This document shows, in pieces, positions 19,440 through 28,813 of a stretch of DNA of 64,000 nucleotides. The notes below the pieces were generated by a model. The model saw only the letters and a list, made by a program, of their open reading frames with translations, was not told the DNA's origin and made no database searches. The DNA lies in the IMG/VR virus record IMGVR_UViG_3300032225_000827, positions 2,070-66,069 of that record. One strand, given 5' to 3'. The position numbers were made by a program, and so were the translations under genes. Numbering within the stretch: position 1 is the first letter of the stretch; the number at the start of each line of letters is the position of its first letter. This stretch comes from a virus (lineage: Duplodnaviria > Caudoviricetes).

Positions 19440-19921
19440 TATTTTTTCATTTCTTGGTCAAAGATAATAAATCCACAAGGATCATCTTTAATGATTTCTA
19501 AACGAGCAATCAAGTCTGCATATTCACCAACAGCCTTGCGTTGAATCTTAATAAAATTCAATACTACCTCTTGAGAAATCGGGTCATTCATCTTATATAT
19601 TTCAACATAGAAATTAAGGAGTTCATTCTCCATTTCAAAAGCTGATGTCAAAGAAGTCATCAAAGAGTCAACCTGAGTGGTAATAGCCGGAATAGTAGGC
19701 ATTTCAGCCTCATATCCTACATCATTCAAGAAGTCAACAAGCTTTTGAAAGTGAGTAAGCTCGTCATTACTCTCGCTCAAGAAGAACGATTGAGTACCAA
19801 AATACCCCATCATTTGCATTTTTGTTGCAAAATGACGATATGTATGACTGGCTAACATTTCTTTCTGTAGTGCATCCATGAACATTGATGCGACTGTAGA
19901 ATCAATTATTTGAGTTTTCAT
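19439..19921 (-). CDS. ferritin-like protein
   Basis: 160 aa four-helix pattern with ferroxidase-type residues: KEMLAS-HTY, ESNDELTH, FEMENE, KIQRKAVGE. Confidence 0.8.
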   Translation of the reverse strand: MKTQIIDSTVASMFMDALQKEMLASHTYRHFATKMQMMGYFGTQSFFLSESNDELTHFQKLVDFLNDVGYEAEMPTIPAITTQVDSLMTSLTSAFEMENELLNFYVEIYKMNDPISQEVVLNFIKIQRKAVGEYADLIARLEIIKDDPCGFIIFDQEMKK

Positions 19922-19925
19922 ATTC

Positions 19926-22900
19926 TTAAATTATACAAGTTTTGATAAAGCCAAGATCATCAGCTAATTTGTCAAAGTTACGATCAATTTCCGCTATTTT
20001 CTTACCCTCTTCCCCTAATTTTTCAGAAACTTCTTTTTGAGCTTTAGTAATTTCAGAACCACCAGCTTCTTCAGCATCTGACAGCATATCTACCGCTTCT
20101 GTTAATAAATCTCCGACAGGCTGCTCTCGCTCGCTCCTGATAGTATCTGATCCATCTCCATCAACTCCTGCATCGTCAATTTCCTCTTGGTCGCTTTCTC
20201 CAGGCTCGTCAATAAGAGATCCTGTTGCCCAGGTTGGTTTATTAACACCTCCTGCCCTTTCTTTTGCAAGTTCTCTTGCTTCATCGATTGTGATTTCTCC
20301 GTCTTCATATTTTTTCCATATTTGTTTTATATCTTCAACATTTTTTTTATTTCCTTTAAAAGACGCTGTATAAAGTCCTCTTACAGCTTCCCATGTAATA
20401 CTTTGTATTTGCCTAGGCAATAAACCCGATTCTTTAGCGGCTAATGCATAAGCATCTGCATACGCAAAATATAAACCTTTAATTCCTAAAGCAGGTGAAT
20501 TACCTGTACCAGTTCCAAAATTTTGTTTAACTTCTTTTGAATTACCACTTAGAGGTATTAATAAAGCAGCAGCAACAGCGTGAGTATCAATAGTAACATC
20601 ACCATCCTCACTCATAGGATCGATTATATTATTATTGAAATTTCTTATTTTGTGCATCTCCCCTAATGTCCTTGTTATATTATCAGGAGATCCATTATTA
20701 TAAATAGAAACTGCTTTACCTATTTCTCCATAACTACCCCAAGCTACTTTTGCATTTCCACCTTTTGCTTTTTTAGCAACACCAGCTTTATTACCATCAG
20801 GAGTTATAATATCATAATCTTTTGTGGTATTTACTTCATGATAAGTCCTAACCATGTAAGGTTGAATATATTCAGGAACTTCATCCATTTTCTTCCCTAA
20901 ATATTCTTCCAACATAGACATCAGATCATCTGAATCTTTAATAGTATTTTCAAGCTTTTGTCTCGCTTCATCTAAAGCTTGTTTATTTAACTTTGTCTTG
21001 CTTTTTTTGTAATTATTCTCTGCTTTTTGAAGTTGTTTCCCAGGAGATTTTGCACCTTTATACAACCCTTTTTCTATTACTGTTTTTTGATAATCCAACA
21101 TTTCTTGACTAAGAACAGGATTATCTTTATAAGCCATTAAAACAAGTTCTGCTAATCTCACATTTTGATACCAATCTTTTTGTGGAGATAAAGAGGCTAA
21201 TATACCAGCTACTTGTTCTGGAGTAATACCATATTCATTAGCTAGATCATTTGCTATCGCATTTGCCCCATCATACCATAAAGTAGCAATATCTTTAAAC
21301 TCAGGATCAAACTGATCCATTAAATACTTTAAATTATCAGCAACCTGTCTAACAAATACATCATATACTTTTTGAGCGTCTTCTACAGTATTGATTTTTT
21401 TGCCTTTTAAAACTGCTTTTACTAAAGGATATTCTGCTATTATCTTAGCATTTTTTATAAACTGAACTGGAGCATTTTTCTTTACATAATCTATTGATAT
21501 ATCATCTGTTTCTGAAAAAATTTCTTTTTTATTTTCTGCTTTTTTAGCCAATCCTTTTGATATTCTTTTCCCTGGACGATCTTTTTTACGGACAGATTCA
21601 ATATCAATATTCAATACATTTGATTTTTCTCCTGATTGCTTCTCAGTCTCTTCTTTTAATTTGTTAAAGACATCTTCATTGTACTTATCTTTCAAATTAT
21701 CTTTAAGATACTTTTTCGCTTTATTTAAAGCTTTTGAAATGCTTTCTCCAGCCTCAACAGCACTAGCAACAATCTCAACAGCGCCATCCCAAATAGCTAC
21801 AGGAATACCTAATCCAGCACTATACAATTTACCACCTTTACTCTTTAAACCTCTAATAATATCAGCAATAGATTTTTGTTTATTATTAGATTCTTTTACA
21901 GACACATTAAATGAATTGTCTCTTTCATTTATTCTTCTAGTGGGTTTTGATATAGTAAATTCTTTACTATCTATTTTAATAACAGGATCTATATAAAATA
22001 AATTCCCAGATTCCGAAACAACAACATTCCCAGAATGTAAATCTCCAATAAAAATTCCTAGATTAGGATTATGATACCTATTCATTCCTTTACTTTGGAA
22101 ACCTCTTTTTTCTAGATCTTGTTTTATCTCACTAGATGTAGCTTCTCTTACAGCTTGGATTAATGGCTGTTTTAGAATTACAGAAAATTCATTCGCTTTA
22201 TTTTTTGAAAAGCCTAAAACTTCATATTTAGTTTCTGGAAAATAAGTATTATGTAATGAAATTCTATCAAAAAAATCCATCCAATTTTCGTGATGTAATT
22301 CATTAGATGTTATTTTTATAACATGAGAATTATCTGGAGACATGTATATTGAAGATTCAGCACCTCTAGATAATTCTTCTCCATATACACTTGATGGATT
22401 TTCTACATATAAATTATTTTGTTTAGCAAATTCTAATAAAGCTGATTCTTCTTCTTTTTTTAACTCTTTAGATTTCTTTTTAGATTCTTTAGCTGATCTT
22501 TGAATTGAGTCAAGGATAATGGATGATTCAACATTGATTGGACCTCCTTCAAAGCGGCCTCGCTCTTCTTCTTGTGATAGTCTGTTATTTTGTAATTCAT
22601 AATCATCAAAATTAATATTATTTTCATTTGCTGGATAAATATTTTCATTATTTTTTTCAACAAAATTTTTATCACCATAAGCTTCCTTCTGAGCATCAAT
22701 AAAAGAATCACGATAAGCCATGGCTTCATTATAATCCTCAAATCTTTTCTCTTCAATATCAAGCTTGTTCTCCGGATCGTAAACCATGGCTACTACATCA
22801 GGAGTTCCATTTTTTTTCTTATCCCAACCTGTTGGAGCATCTTTCTCACTAAATGGTAAACGAGATGTAACTCTAAACCCATTACCTTCATAAATCTCCA

Positions 22901-25900
22901 TCAACTTAGGTATAGTGAAATTATCTAACTTAATACCTCCAGCCTCAATAGCTTTTTTAATTAGCTTATCACCAACATCTCTCTCCTCTGTATCTGCATA
23001 TTTATAAAGACCTTTAATCTCTCCAGACTTATCAACAAGAGCTTCTCCTCCTTTTACTTGAACAACAGTACCCTCTTTAATATCTTGAGCAGATGGAACA
23101 CTTACAGAGAAATATTTTGAAGGATCTTGTTTTTTAGTCTCCTCTAATTTAGATATATAAGTTTCCGCTTTTACATCTTCTTGAGGCTTTACACCCTCTT
23201 GGGTAGCTTGTTGCTTACCTTCTAAAGATTTTTGTTTTGCATCATATAAGGTTTCTACAACATTACCATTTTCATCTAATCTTTCTATTTTAGCTACATC
23301 TTCTAAAGAATATCCTCTACCTTTTTCTAGATTATGATCCCCTTCCTCTCTACTTTTTACTTTAACTTTCCCCAATCCATTATTAACATCAAAAGATTCT
23401 TTAAAAGTAATTCTATATTCTGAATTTGAAGCACTTGTCACTTTAGGAGATGTAGTGACATCTATCCCTGCATCAACAAATCTTTTACTTTCAACTCTAT
23501 TGTTTGATAATAATGTTTCTACTTCTGAATTTCCAACAAATCTATATGTAGTAGTTTGCTCCCAATCTAGTCCATATTCATTCAATGTGTTTTGAGCATC
23601 TACATCTCCATTCCTTGCTGCAATTATTAAAGGATCTATATTAGCTAAATCTGGATCTAATTCATTCTCTTGGGCGACTTCTTGACCTTCTTGGGTAGCT
23701 TTTTCCCCTTGGACGCTTTGTCCCATTCCTTGAGGTTCACCCCCTGTTTCTGTAGTTGCTCCTTGTTGGCGTGGAAGAACTTCCTCTGTGCCTGGCTCTT
23801 GTACGGCATATTGTGGTAGTTTAAATTTAGGGTTATTTCTAGCTTGATCTATATACTGCTCTACAGCAGCTTTAATATTTCCAATCTCTTCTTTTGTTCC
23901 TGGATCATCAATTCCAATCTCTTTGTTCTTCTGCTCCAAGTATTTCATCCTTCTCACTTCTGAAACAACATGAGCTTTCTCATCGTCAGTCATATTCTCC
24001 CATCCTGGCTTAGACTTCATTGCGTTATTAATAACAGCAAACTCATCAACAATCTCACTTACTTCATCAGGAAATTCAATTTCATTATGTGCCGCAAGTT
24101 GTAAAATATTAGGATTAACAGCAGCTTGATAAAAAGCTGATTCCTCATGAGGCATAAATTGCTTTCCTAATCTACCAGCAACTCTAGCTCCTTCAGATCC
24201 CAACCAACCTCCAAGAACAGAATCAATATAATCTTGACTTTGAAAAACTTCAAATTGCCCCTTATCTTTATTCCTTTCATTATAACCAGTCTTGATTAAA
24301 TCGGTTAGTGCTTGCGCTCCACCCTCCTCAATAGCTCCTTCTTTAAGAAACCCTTCTAGAGATTTCCCAGATTGATATTTTAGAGATTTAGGAAGTTGAT
24401 CAAATGTTACAGCGAGAGCTTCTTTAACTGAATTGGTTTTCTTTAATGCTTGGTAAAATGTATTTCTTACTTGAGGTGATTTAAAGAAATTCATATCAGG
24501 GAAAAACGATTCTATAACATACTCAGCAAATGCAATGTTAGAGGAATATTCAGCAGCCTCTTGACCGGAATAACCCATAGCTAAAGCCTCATCATAATTA
24601 TCCGCTAAAGAACTACCTAGCATTAACAATCCACCCCCAGCAGTTGCTCCTAATCCTAACGCTCCTGTAGCTAAAGATCCTGTAGCTGCTAAAGAAATAG
24701 ATCCTAATCCAGAGCTAGTCAAATTATTTAATCTGTATATCAATGGAAGATCTTCGTATTTTTTTGGTTCTCCTATAAAAGCAAAATCTTGCGCTCTTCC
24801 AAAAGTCTCTTCTTTTTGCAAGTTATATCCCTTAGCAAAATTGCTGATCTGATCAAATATATCATAATCAGTATCTCCCAAAGCTTCTCCTGCAATATCA
24901 AAAGTTCTACCCAATAAATCCACAAACGACTTCCCAACAGTACCAGAATAACCTCTAGCAAATTCTTCAACAGAAGAATATTCGTTATTCATGGCTTCAT
25001 CAAAACGATTCTTAGCAGCCTTTGTGTTTTCCCATTTCTGCTTCATCACGTCAGACTCTAATATCCTTAACTGTGATGTTGCTATCCCCGGATCAGTATA
25101 TCTAGACGCAGATTCTTCATATTTAGCTTGGATCTCTGGAGTTACGCCTGTTCTTTCAGATACTGATTTGATCTGTTCAGCAAGCTTATTTCTTTTTTGA
25201 ACTAATTCATTATACTTAGTTACTTGAGCTTGTGTCGCTCCCTTACCTGATGGATCAAGATTTAAAGCTTCAATATCTTTGTCAATCTTATCTATTTGAC
25301 TACTTATAACATTTAATCCACCATAAAAACCTTTAATATCGTAATCCTTTTCAATCTTGTGCATTACATAACCATTTAATAGGTTATGAAGCCTCATAGC
25401 TTGAACATTATATTCTTCTAAAGTAGCCTTCTCTCCAAGGCTTCTATCCTCTCTTTTCTTATTTTTTATAGCTGTTATTTCATTATTTACCCTATCGTAT
25501 TCATTAGGATTAGTCTTTTTCAAAAACTCCAAATAATCATCTTGCAATAAGGAATAAGCATTTTCAACTTCAGACTTATTATTTATATTTAAATTCTTGA
25601 AGTCAATATCGTTTGATTTAGTTCCAAAATCATTGTTGATCAACGATTCTATTAAATCATAGTTCTGTCTATAAATTTCTTTTTTATCTATAGCCGCAAG
25701 ATCTTGCTCAAATTGCTTTTGAGTTTCTTCAAAAGTCATTCCTTTGATCTTAACGGCTTCCTCTTCTCTTTTAGCTTGTTTTGCTGAATCTTGAGCTACC
25801 TGCTGAATATTAACAGGAGCTTGCATTACATCTTGCTTTTGCTCAGTATTTTTTACTACATCACCAATTAATTCCTCTTCAGTGAATCTCTTCCATATCT

Positions 25901-26549
25901 TCTTCCCGGTCTTAGGATCTATTGTGTAATCTTCAGTACCAGATGTTTTTATGCTTTGATCTAATAAAGATTTATTATCTATAGTAGATCCTTTTGAAGT
26001 CCTTGGTAATGTTTCAGGATTATAATTTACAGAAGGCTCTTTACCCCCATAATCCGGACCCTGTATAGTTAAAGGTTTACCACCTTGATTCCAAAACTGA
26101 TTAGTGATATTGGGATATTCCTGCTCAAACCATATCTTTTCTTTCTGAGCATTTGGATCTTTTTTATACTGATCTAGATAACTAAAATAGTCATCTATCT
26201 CTTGAGCCGAAGAAAATGATCTCTTAGGTTTAAATACTTGAGGAGCCGTCTGAGAAGATTGGACAGGCTTTGAGCCACTGGATTGTTGGGTTTGAGTAGA
26301 TCCAACTTTTCCACCTTGCTCTTGTGATGTACTTTTTTTTTTAGAGTCATCCGTTATAATAGCCTGAAATTCCTCAACAGAACTAGGCAACGCAACCCCC
26401 ATTTCATCATATTTATCTTTGTTATCCATCATGCTTTGAAACGCTTCAGCCGCTTTTTGGCTGTCAGTCATATCTAAAGCAAATGTATCTTCATCAGGTA
26501 ATTCTGAGAATATTTTAGATGAAGCATTATAAATATCTGTTCTTGTCAT
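19926..26549 (-). CDS. large polyvalent/ejection-type protein (2207 aa) with kinase-, GNAT- and other enzyme-like modules
   Basis: Kinase-like RGAESSIY...VIK...SLHNTYFPETKY...IGDLHSGNV...YIDP, and GNAT-like GDKLIKKAIEAGGIKLDNF...YEGNGF. Details in findings. Confidence 0.7.
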   Translation of the reverse strand: MTRTDIYNASSKIFSELPDEDTFALDMTDSQKAAEAFQSMMDNKDKYDEMGVALPSSVEEFQAIITDDSKKKSTSQEQGGKVGSTQTQQSSGSKPVQSSQTAPQVFKPKRSFSSAQEIDDYFSYLDQYKKDPNAQKEKIWFEQEYPNITNQFWNQGGKPLTIQGPDYGGKEPSVNYNPETLPRTSKGSTIDNKSLLDQSIKTSGTEDYTIDPKTGKKIWKRFTEEELIGDVVKNTEQKQDVMQAPVNIQQVAQDSAKQAKREEEAVKIKGMTFEETQKQFEQDLAAIDKKEIYRQNYDLIESLINNDFGTKSNDIDFKNLNINNKSEVENAYSLLQDDYLEFLKKTNPNEYDRVNNEITAIKNKKREDRSLGEKATLEEYNVQAMRLHNLLNGYVMHKIEKDYDIKGFYGGLNVISSQIDKIDKDIEALNLDPSGKGATQAQVTKYNELVQKRNKLAEQIKSVSERTGVTPEIQAKYEESASRYTDPGIATSQLRILESDVMKQKWENTKAAKNRFDEAMNNEYSSVEEFARGYSGTVGKSFVDLLGRTFDIAGEALGDTDYDIFDQISNFAKGYNLQKEETFGRAQDFAFIGEPKKYEDLPLIYRLNNLTSSGLGSISLAATGSLATGALGLGATAGGGLLMLGSSLADNYDEALAMGYSGQEAAEYSSNIAFAEYVIESFFPDMNFFKSPQVRNTFYQALKKTNSVKEALAVTFDQLPKSLKYQSGKSLEGFLKEGAIEEGGAQALTDLIKTGYNERNKDKGQFEVFQSQDYIDSVLGGWLGSEGARVAGRLGKQFMPHEESAFYQAAVNPNILQLAAHNEIEFPDEVSEIVDEFAVINNAMKSKPGWENMTDDEKAHVVSEVRRMKYLEQKNKEIGIDDPGTKEEIGNIKAAVEQYIDQARNNPKFKLPQYAVQEPGTEEVLPRQQGATTETGGEPQGMGQSVQGEKATQEGQEVAQENELDPDLANIDPLIIAARNGDVDAQNTLNEYGLDWEQTTTYRFVGNSEVETLLSNNRVESKRFVDAGIDVTTSPKVTSASNSEYRITFKESFDVNNGLGKVKVKSREEGDHNLEKGRGYSLEDVAKIERLDENGNVVETLYDAKQKSLEGKQQATQEGVKPQEDVKAETYISKLEETKKQDPSKYFSVSVPSAQDIKEGTVVQVKGGEALVDKSGEIKGLYKYADTEERDVGDKLIKKAIEAGGIKLDNFTIPKLMEIYEGNGFRVTSRLPFSEKDAPTGWDKKKNGTPDVVAMVYDPENKLDIEEKRFEDYNEAMAYRDSFIDAQKEAYGDKNFVEKNNENIYPANENNINFDDYELQNNRLSQEEERGRFEGGPINVESSIILDSIQRSAKESKKKSKELKKEEESALLEFAKQNNLYVENPSSVYGEELSRGAESSIYMSPDNSHVIKITSNELHHENWMDFFDRISLHNTYFPETKYEVLGFSKNKANEFSVILKQPLIQAVREATSSEIKQDLEKRGFQSKGMNRYHNPNLGIFIGDLHSGNVVVSESGNLFYIDPVIKIDSKEFTISKPTRRINERDNSFNVSVKESNNKQKSIADIIRGLKSKGGKLYSAGLGIPVAIWDGAVEIVASAVEAGESISKALNKAKKYLKDNLKDKYNEDVFNKLKEETEKQSGEKSNVLNIDIESVRKKDRPGKRISKGLAKKAENKKEIFSETDDISIDYVKKNAPVQFIKNAKIIAEYPLVKAVLKGKKINTVEDAQKVYDVFVRQVADNLKYLMDQFDPEFKDIATLWYDGANAIANDLANEYGITPEQVAGILASLSPQKDWYQNVRLAELVLMAYKDNPVLSQEMLDYQKTVIEKGLYKGAKSPGKQLQKAENNYKKSKTKLNKQALDEARQKLENTIKDSDDLMSMLEEYLGKKMDEVPEYIQPYMVRTYHEVNTTKDYDIITPDGNKAGVAKKAKGGNAKVAWGSYGEIGKAVSIYNNGSPDNITRTLGEMHKIRNFNNNIIDPMSEDGDVTIDTHAVAAALLIPLSGNSKEVKQNFGTGTGNSPALGIKGLYFAYADAYALAAKESGLLPRQIQSITWEAVRGLYTASFKGNKKNVEDIKQIWKKYEDGEITIDEARELAKERAGGVNKPTWATGSLIDEPGESDQEEIDDAGVDGDGSDTIRSEREQPVGDLLTEAVDMLSDAEEAGGSEITKAQKEVSEKLGEEGKKIAEIDRNFDKLADDLGFIKTCII

Positions 26550-26552
26550 ATC

Positions 26553-27875
26553 TTATTTGTACATTTTTGAACCCTTCTCCCAAGTTACTTTCAACCCTCT
26601 TTTTCTATCCTTTTCAATCTGCTCTTTAATCCTATTAGTTATACCAGGAAATTTATTCTCTATAGTTTCAGCATTATAATACTCACTTAATGGATATGAT
26701 TGAGCTTCATCTTTATACTTCTCAACCAGTGTTGGAGTGACTTGAGTGACATCAGCTACATTTGATCCATTAATTTTAATTTGATCCATAGGTATTCCAA
26801 TAACTTGGAACTTTCTTTCATTACCTGTCCAATATGGTTTAACATCAGTAACTACAACAGCATGAGGAGTACCTTGATAATCAGTTAAAGACATACTAAC
26901 TGGATTTTGTCCTTTAGTCCATAATGGTAAATTAAGTAAATCTCCTTTCTGTAAATTCCTTTCTTTTACATCTCCTAATGAAACATCTGCAACTGTGTTT
27001 TCACTGAAAACAGGAGTTGTTGTTTTTGATCCACCACCAGCACGAGGCGCTCTAGGTCTAGCCCTTTGCTCTTTATCCCACAATTCAACCTGATCTCTAA
27101 AATAAGCTATAGCTGCTTCAGGTGTTTTTTCTTTAATATTACCGTCTAAATATAACTTTTCTAATTGATCTGCTTTTCTACTCATAGGTAAATTATCCCA
27201 TTTCAATTTAGCAAATTTATCTAATTCTTCTGGTTGTGTTTCCAATAATGTTCCAGTTTCATTTTCAGGAACTACATAATCCTTTTTCAAATAACCAATC
27301 AAATCAAATTCTTTCAATGGTCTTATAGTAGTAATAGTTTTAAACCCTTCGTTTATACCACCTTTTTCATAAGCATCTGTAACAGATTTTTCGTATGCAT
27401 TTATATCTTCTTGGTTGTAATCTTTACCCAAACCTGCAAGCATTGTCTGCATATTTTTATTATATGTTTCAAATGCTTTTTCGTTTTCACTTTTCATGGT
27501 GTTCAATTCAGCCTTTCGCTTATTCAACTCCATGTTGAAATCTTGATTAATAGGCTTGCCTGAAGCTCTCCACTCTGAAACAAAATCACCAATCTCGTTT
27601 ACTTTCTCATCAAAATTAGACCTCGCAATCTCCCACTTAGGATCATACTCAATACTAGAAATATATTGATTTAACTTCTCTTGGCGTGTTTTCTCATTTA
27701 GCAAATCCTTCTCCTGCTCCAACTTCTTTTGTTGTAGCATATTATTCATATAGTCTTGCGTAACCTCAAAAGGGTTTTGCGCACCCAAATCGTATTCTTG
27801 GGCATATCCTGTACCTTGTCCTGAACTATATTGTTCTGGAGCTAAATCGGGAACTAAAAAATCTAATATCGCCAT
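26553..27875 (-). CDS. putative internal virion protein
   Basis: 440 aa, lying between the pilot-like gene and the giant protein. Confidence 0.5.
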   Translation of the reverse strand: MAILDFLVPDLAPEQYSSGQGTGYAQEYDLGAQNPFEVTQDYMNNMLQQKKLEQEKDLLNEKTRQEKLNQYISSIEYDPKWEIARSNFDEKVNEIGDFVSEWRASGKPINQDFNMELNKRKAELNTMKSENEKAFETYNKNMQTMLAGLGKDYNQEDINAYEKSVTDAYEKGGINEGFKTITTIRPLKEFDLIGYLKKDYVVPENETGTLLETQPEELDKFAKLKWDNLPMSRKADQLEKLYLDGNIKEKTPEAAIAYFRDQVELWDKEQRARPRAPRAGGGSKTTTPVFSENTVADVSLGDVKERNLQKGDLLNLPLWTKGQNPVSMSLTDYQGTPHAVVVTDVKPYWTGNERKFQVIGIPMDQIKINGSNVADVTQVTPTLVEKYKDEAQSYPLSEYYNAETIENKFPGITNRIKEQIEKDRKRGLKVTWEKGSKMYK

Positions 27876-27878
27876 ATA

Positions 27879-28760
27879 TTATTCGTTGTAAAAATTGGCT
27901 TTATTTTGCATTATTTGCTGTAATATCGCCTGATAACCTGATTGCTGATTCAACCCTAACATTTTTTTCCCAATTCCAGGTTGAAGACTTGTTAATCCAG
28001 TTCCTTGCAACATTGATAGAGCTTGAACTTGTGGATTTAACTGAGTCCCAATATTAACATCTTGGACATTAGGAGTATTAACCCCAAATGATTTAGGAAG
28101 CATTGTAGGGATAAGACCAGCAGTTGATTTTGTTCCACCAACTCCATTCTGAGCGTTTAACAAATTCAAATCATTCTGATACTGCTTATCCATCATGTTC
28201 ATTTGACCTTTGTATGACAAACCCTGAGACGCTGTTCCTGCCAATCCCTCTAATCCCTTCATCATATTTTGCTGCCCTGCTCCTGCCATTCCCTGCAAAC
28301 TTTGAACTTGCTGGCCATACTTATTCAACTGGTCCTGCTGAATCATTCTTTGTTGTTCAGCCATCTGACCTAAAGCCTGTTGATAACTCTGCAAGTTACC
28401 TATATTTTGTTGCTCTGCTTGAAATCTAGCTGCTCTCTTTTGAGAATTAGCATCTGCTGTAACCCCGGCAATAGCAGCCAATCTATCTGCTAATGAACCA
28501 CCTTGTCTATTAATCTGACCAATAGAGTTAGCAACTCCTGCATCTAATCCAGCTTCTATCTGCTCAAGTCCTTGGTTTCTATCAGAAGCAATCATTTGAG
28601 AAATACCCAAAGCTCTTTTAGCTTCTTCAGGAATAGTCATGTCAGGTCTTGACAAACCTTTCATCAATTCATTAGCCTTCTTTTGCTGAGCAAATCCCTG
28701 CACACCTTGAGCTACACTAAGCCCAGCGTTAATAAGCATCATTGCGGTCATTGGATCCAT
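27879..28760 (-). CDS. putative DNA pilot/ejection protein
   Basis: MDPMTAMMLINAGLSVAQG start and Gln/Gly/Ala-rich composition, typical of podoviral pilot proteins. Confidence 0.6.
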   Translation of the reverse strand: MDPMTAMMLINAGLSVAQGVQGFAQQKKANELMKGLSRPDMTIPEEAKRALGISQMIASDRNQGLEQIEAGLDAGVANSIGQINRQGGSLADRLAAIAGVTADANSQKRAARFQAEQQNIGNLQSYQQALGQMAEQQRMIQQDQLNKYGQQVQSLQGMAGAGQQNMMKGLEGLAGTASQGLSYKGQMNMMDKQYQNDLNLLNAQNGVGGTKSTAGLIPTMLPKSFGVNTPNVQDVNIGTQLNPQVQALSMLQGTGLTSLQPGIGKKMLGLNQQSGYQAILQQIMQNKANFYNE

Positions 28761-28813
28761 ATCACTTGCAAATTAAATAGTTTTTAATCAATTTTCCTAA
28801 AAAAGTTTTCACT

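Noticed and set aside
14727-26549. Virion RNA polymerase in the giant ORFs
   Set aside because: No convincing DFDxD/DxDxD catalytic motif in a polymerase-like context. A remote fold cannot be excluded without structure prediction.
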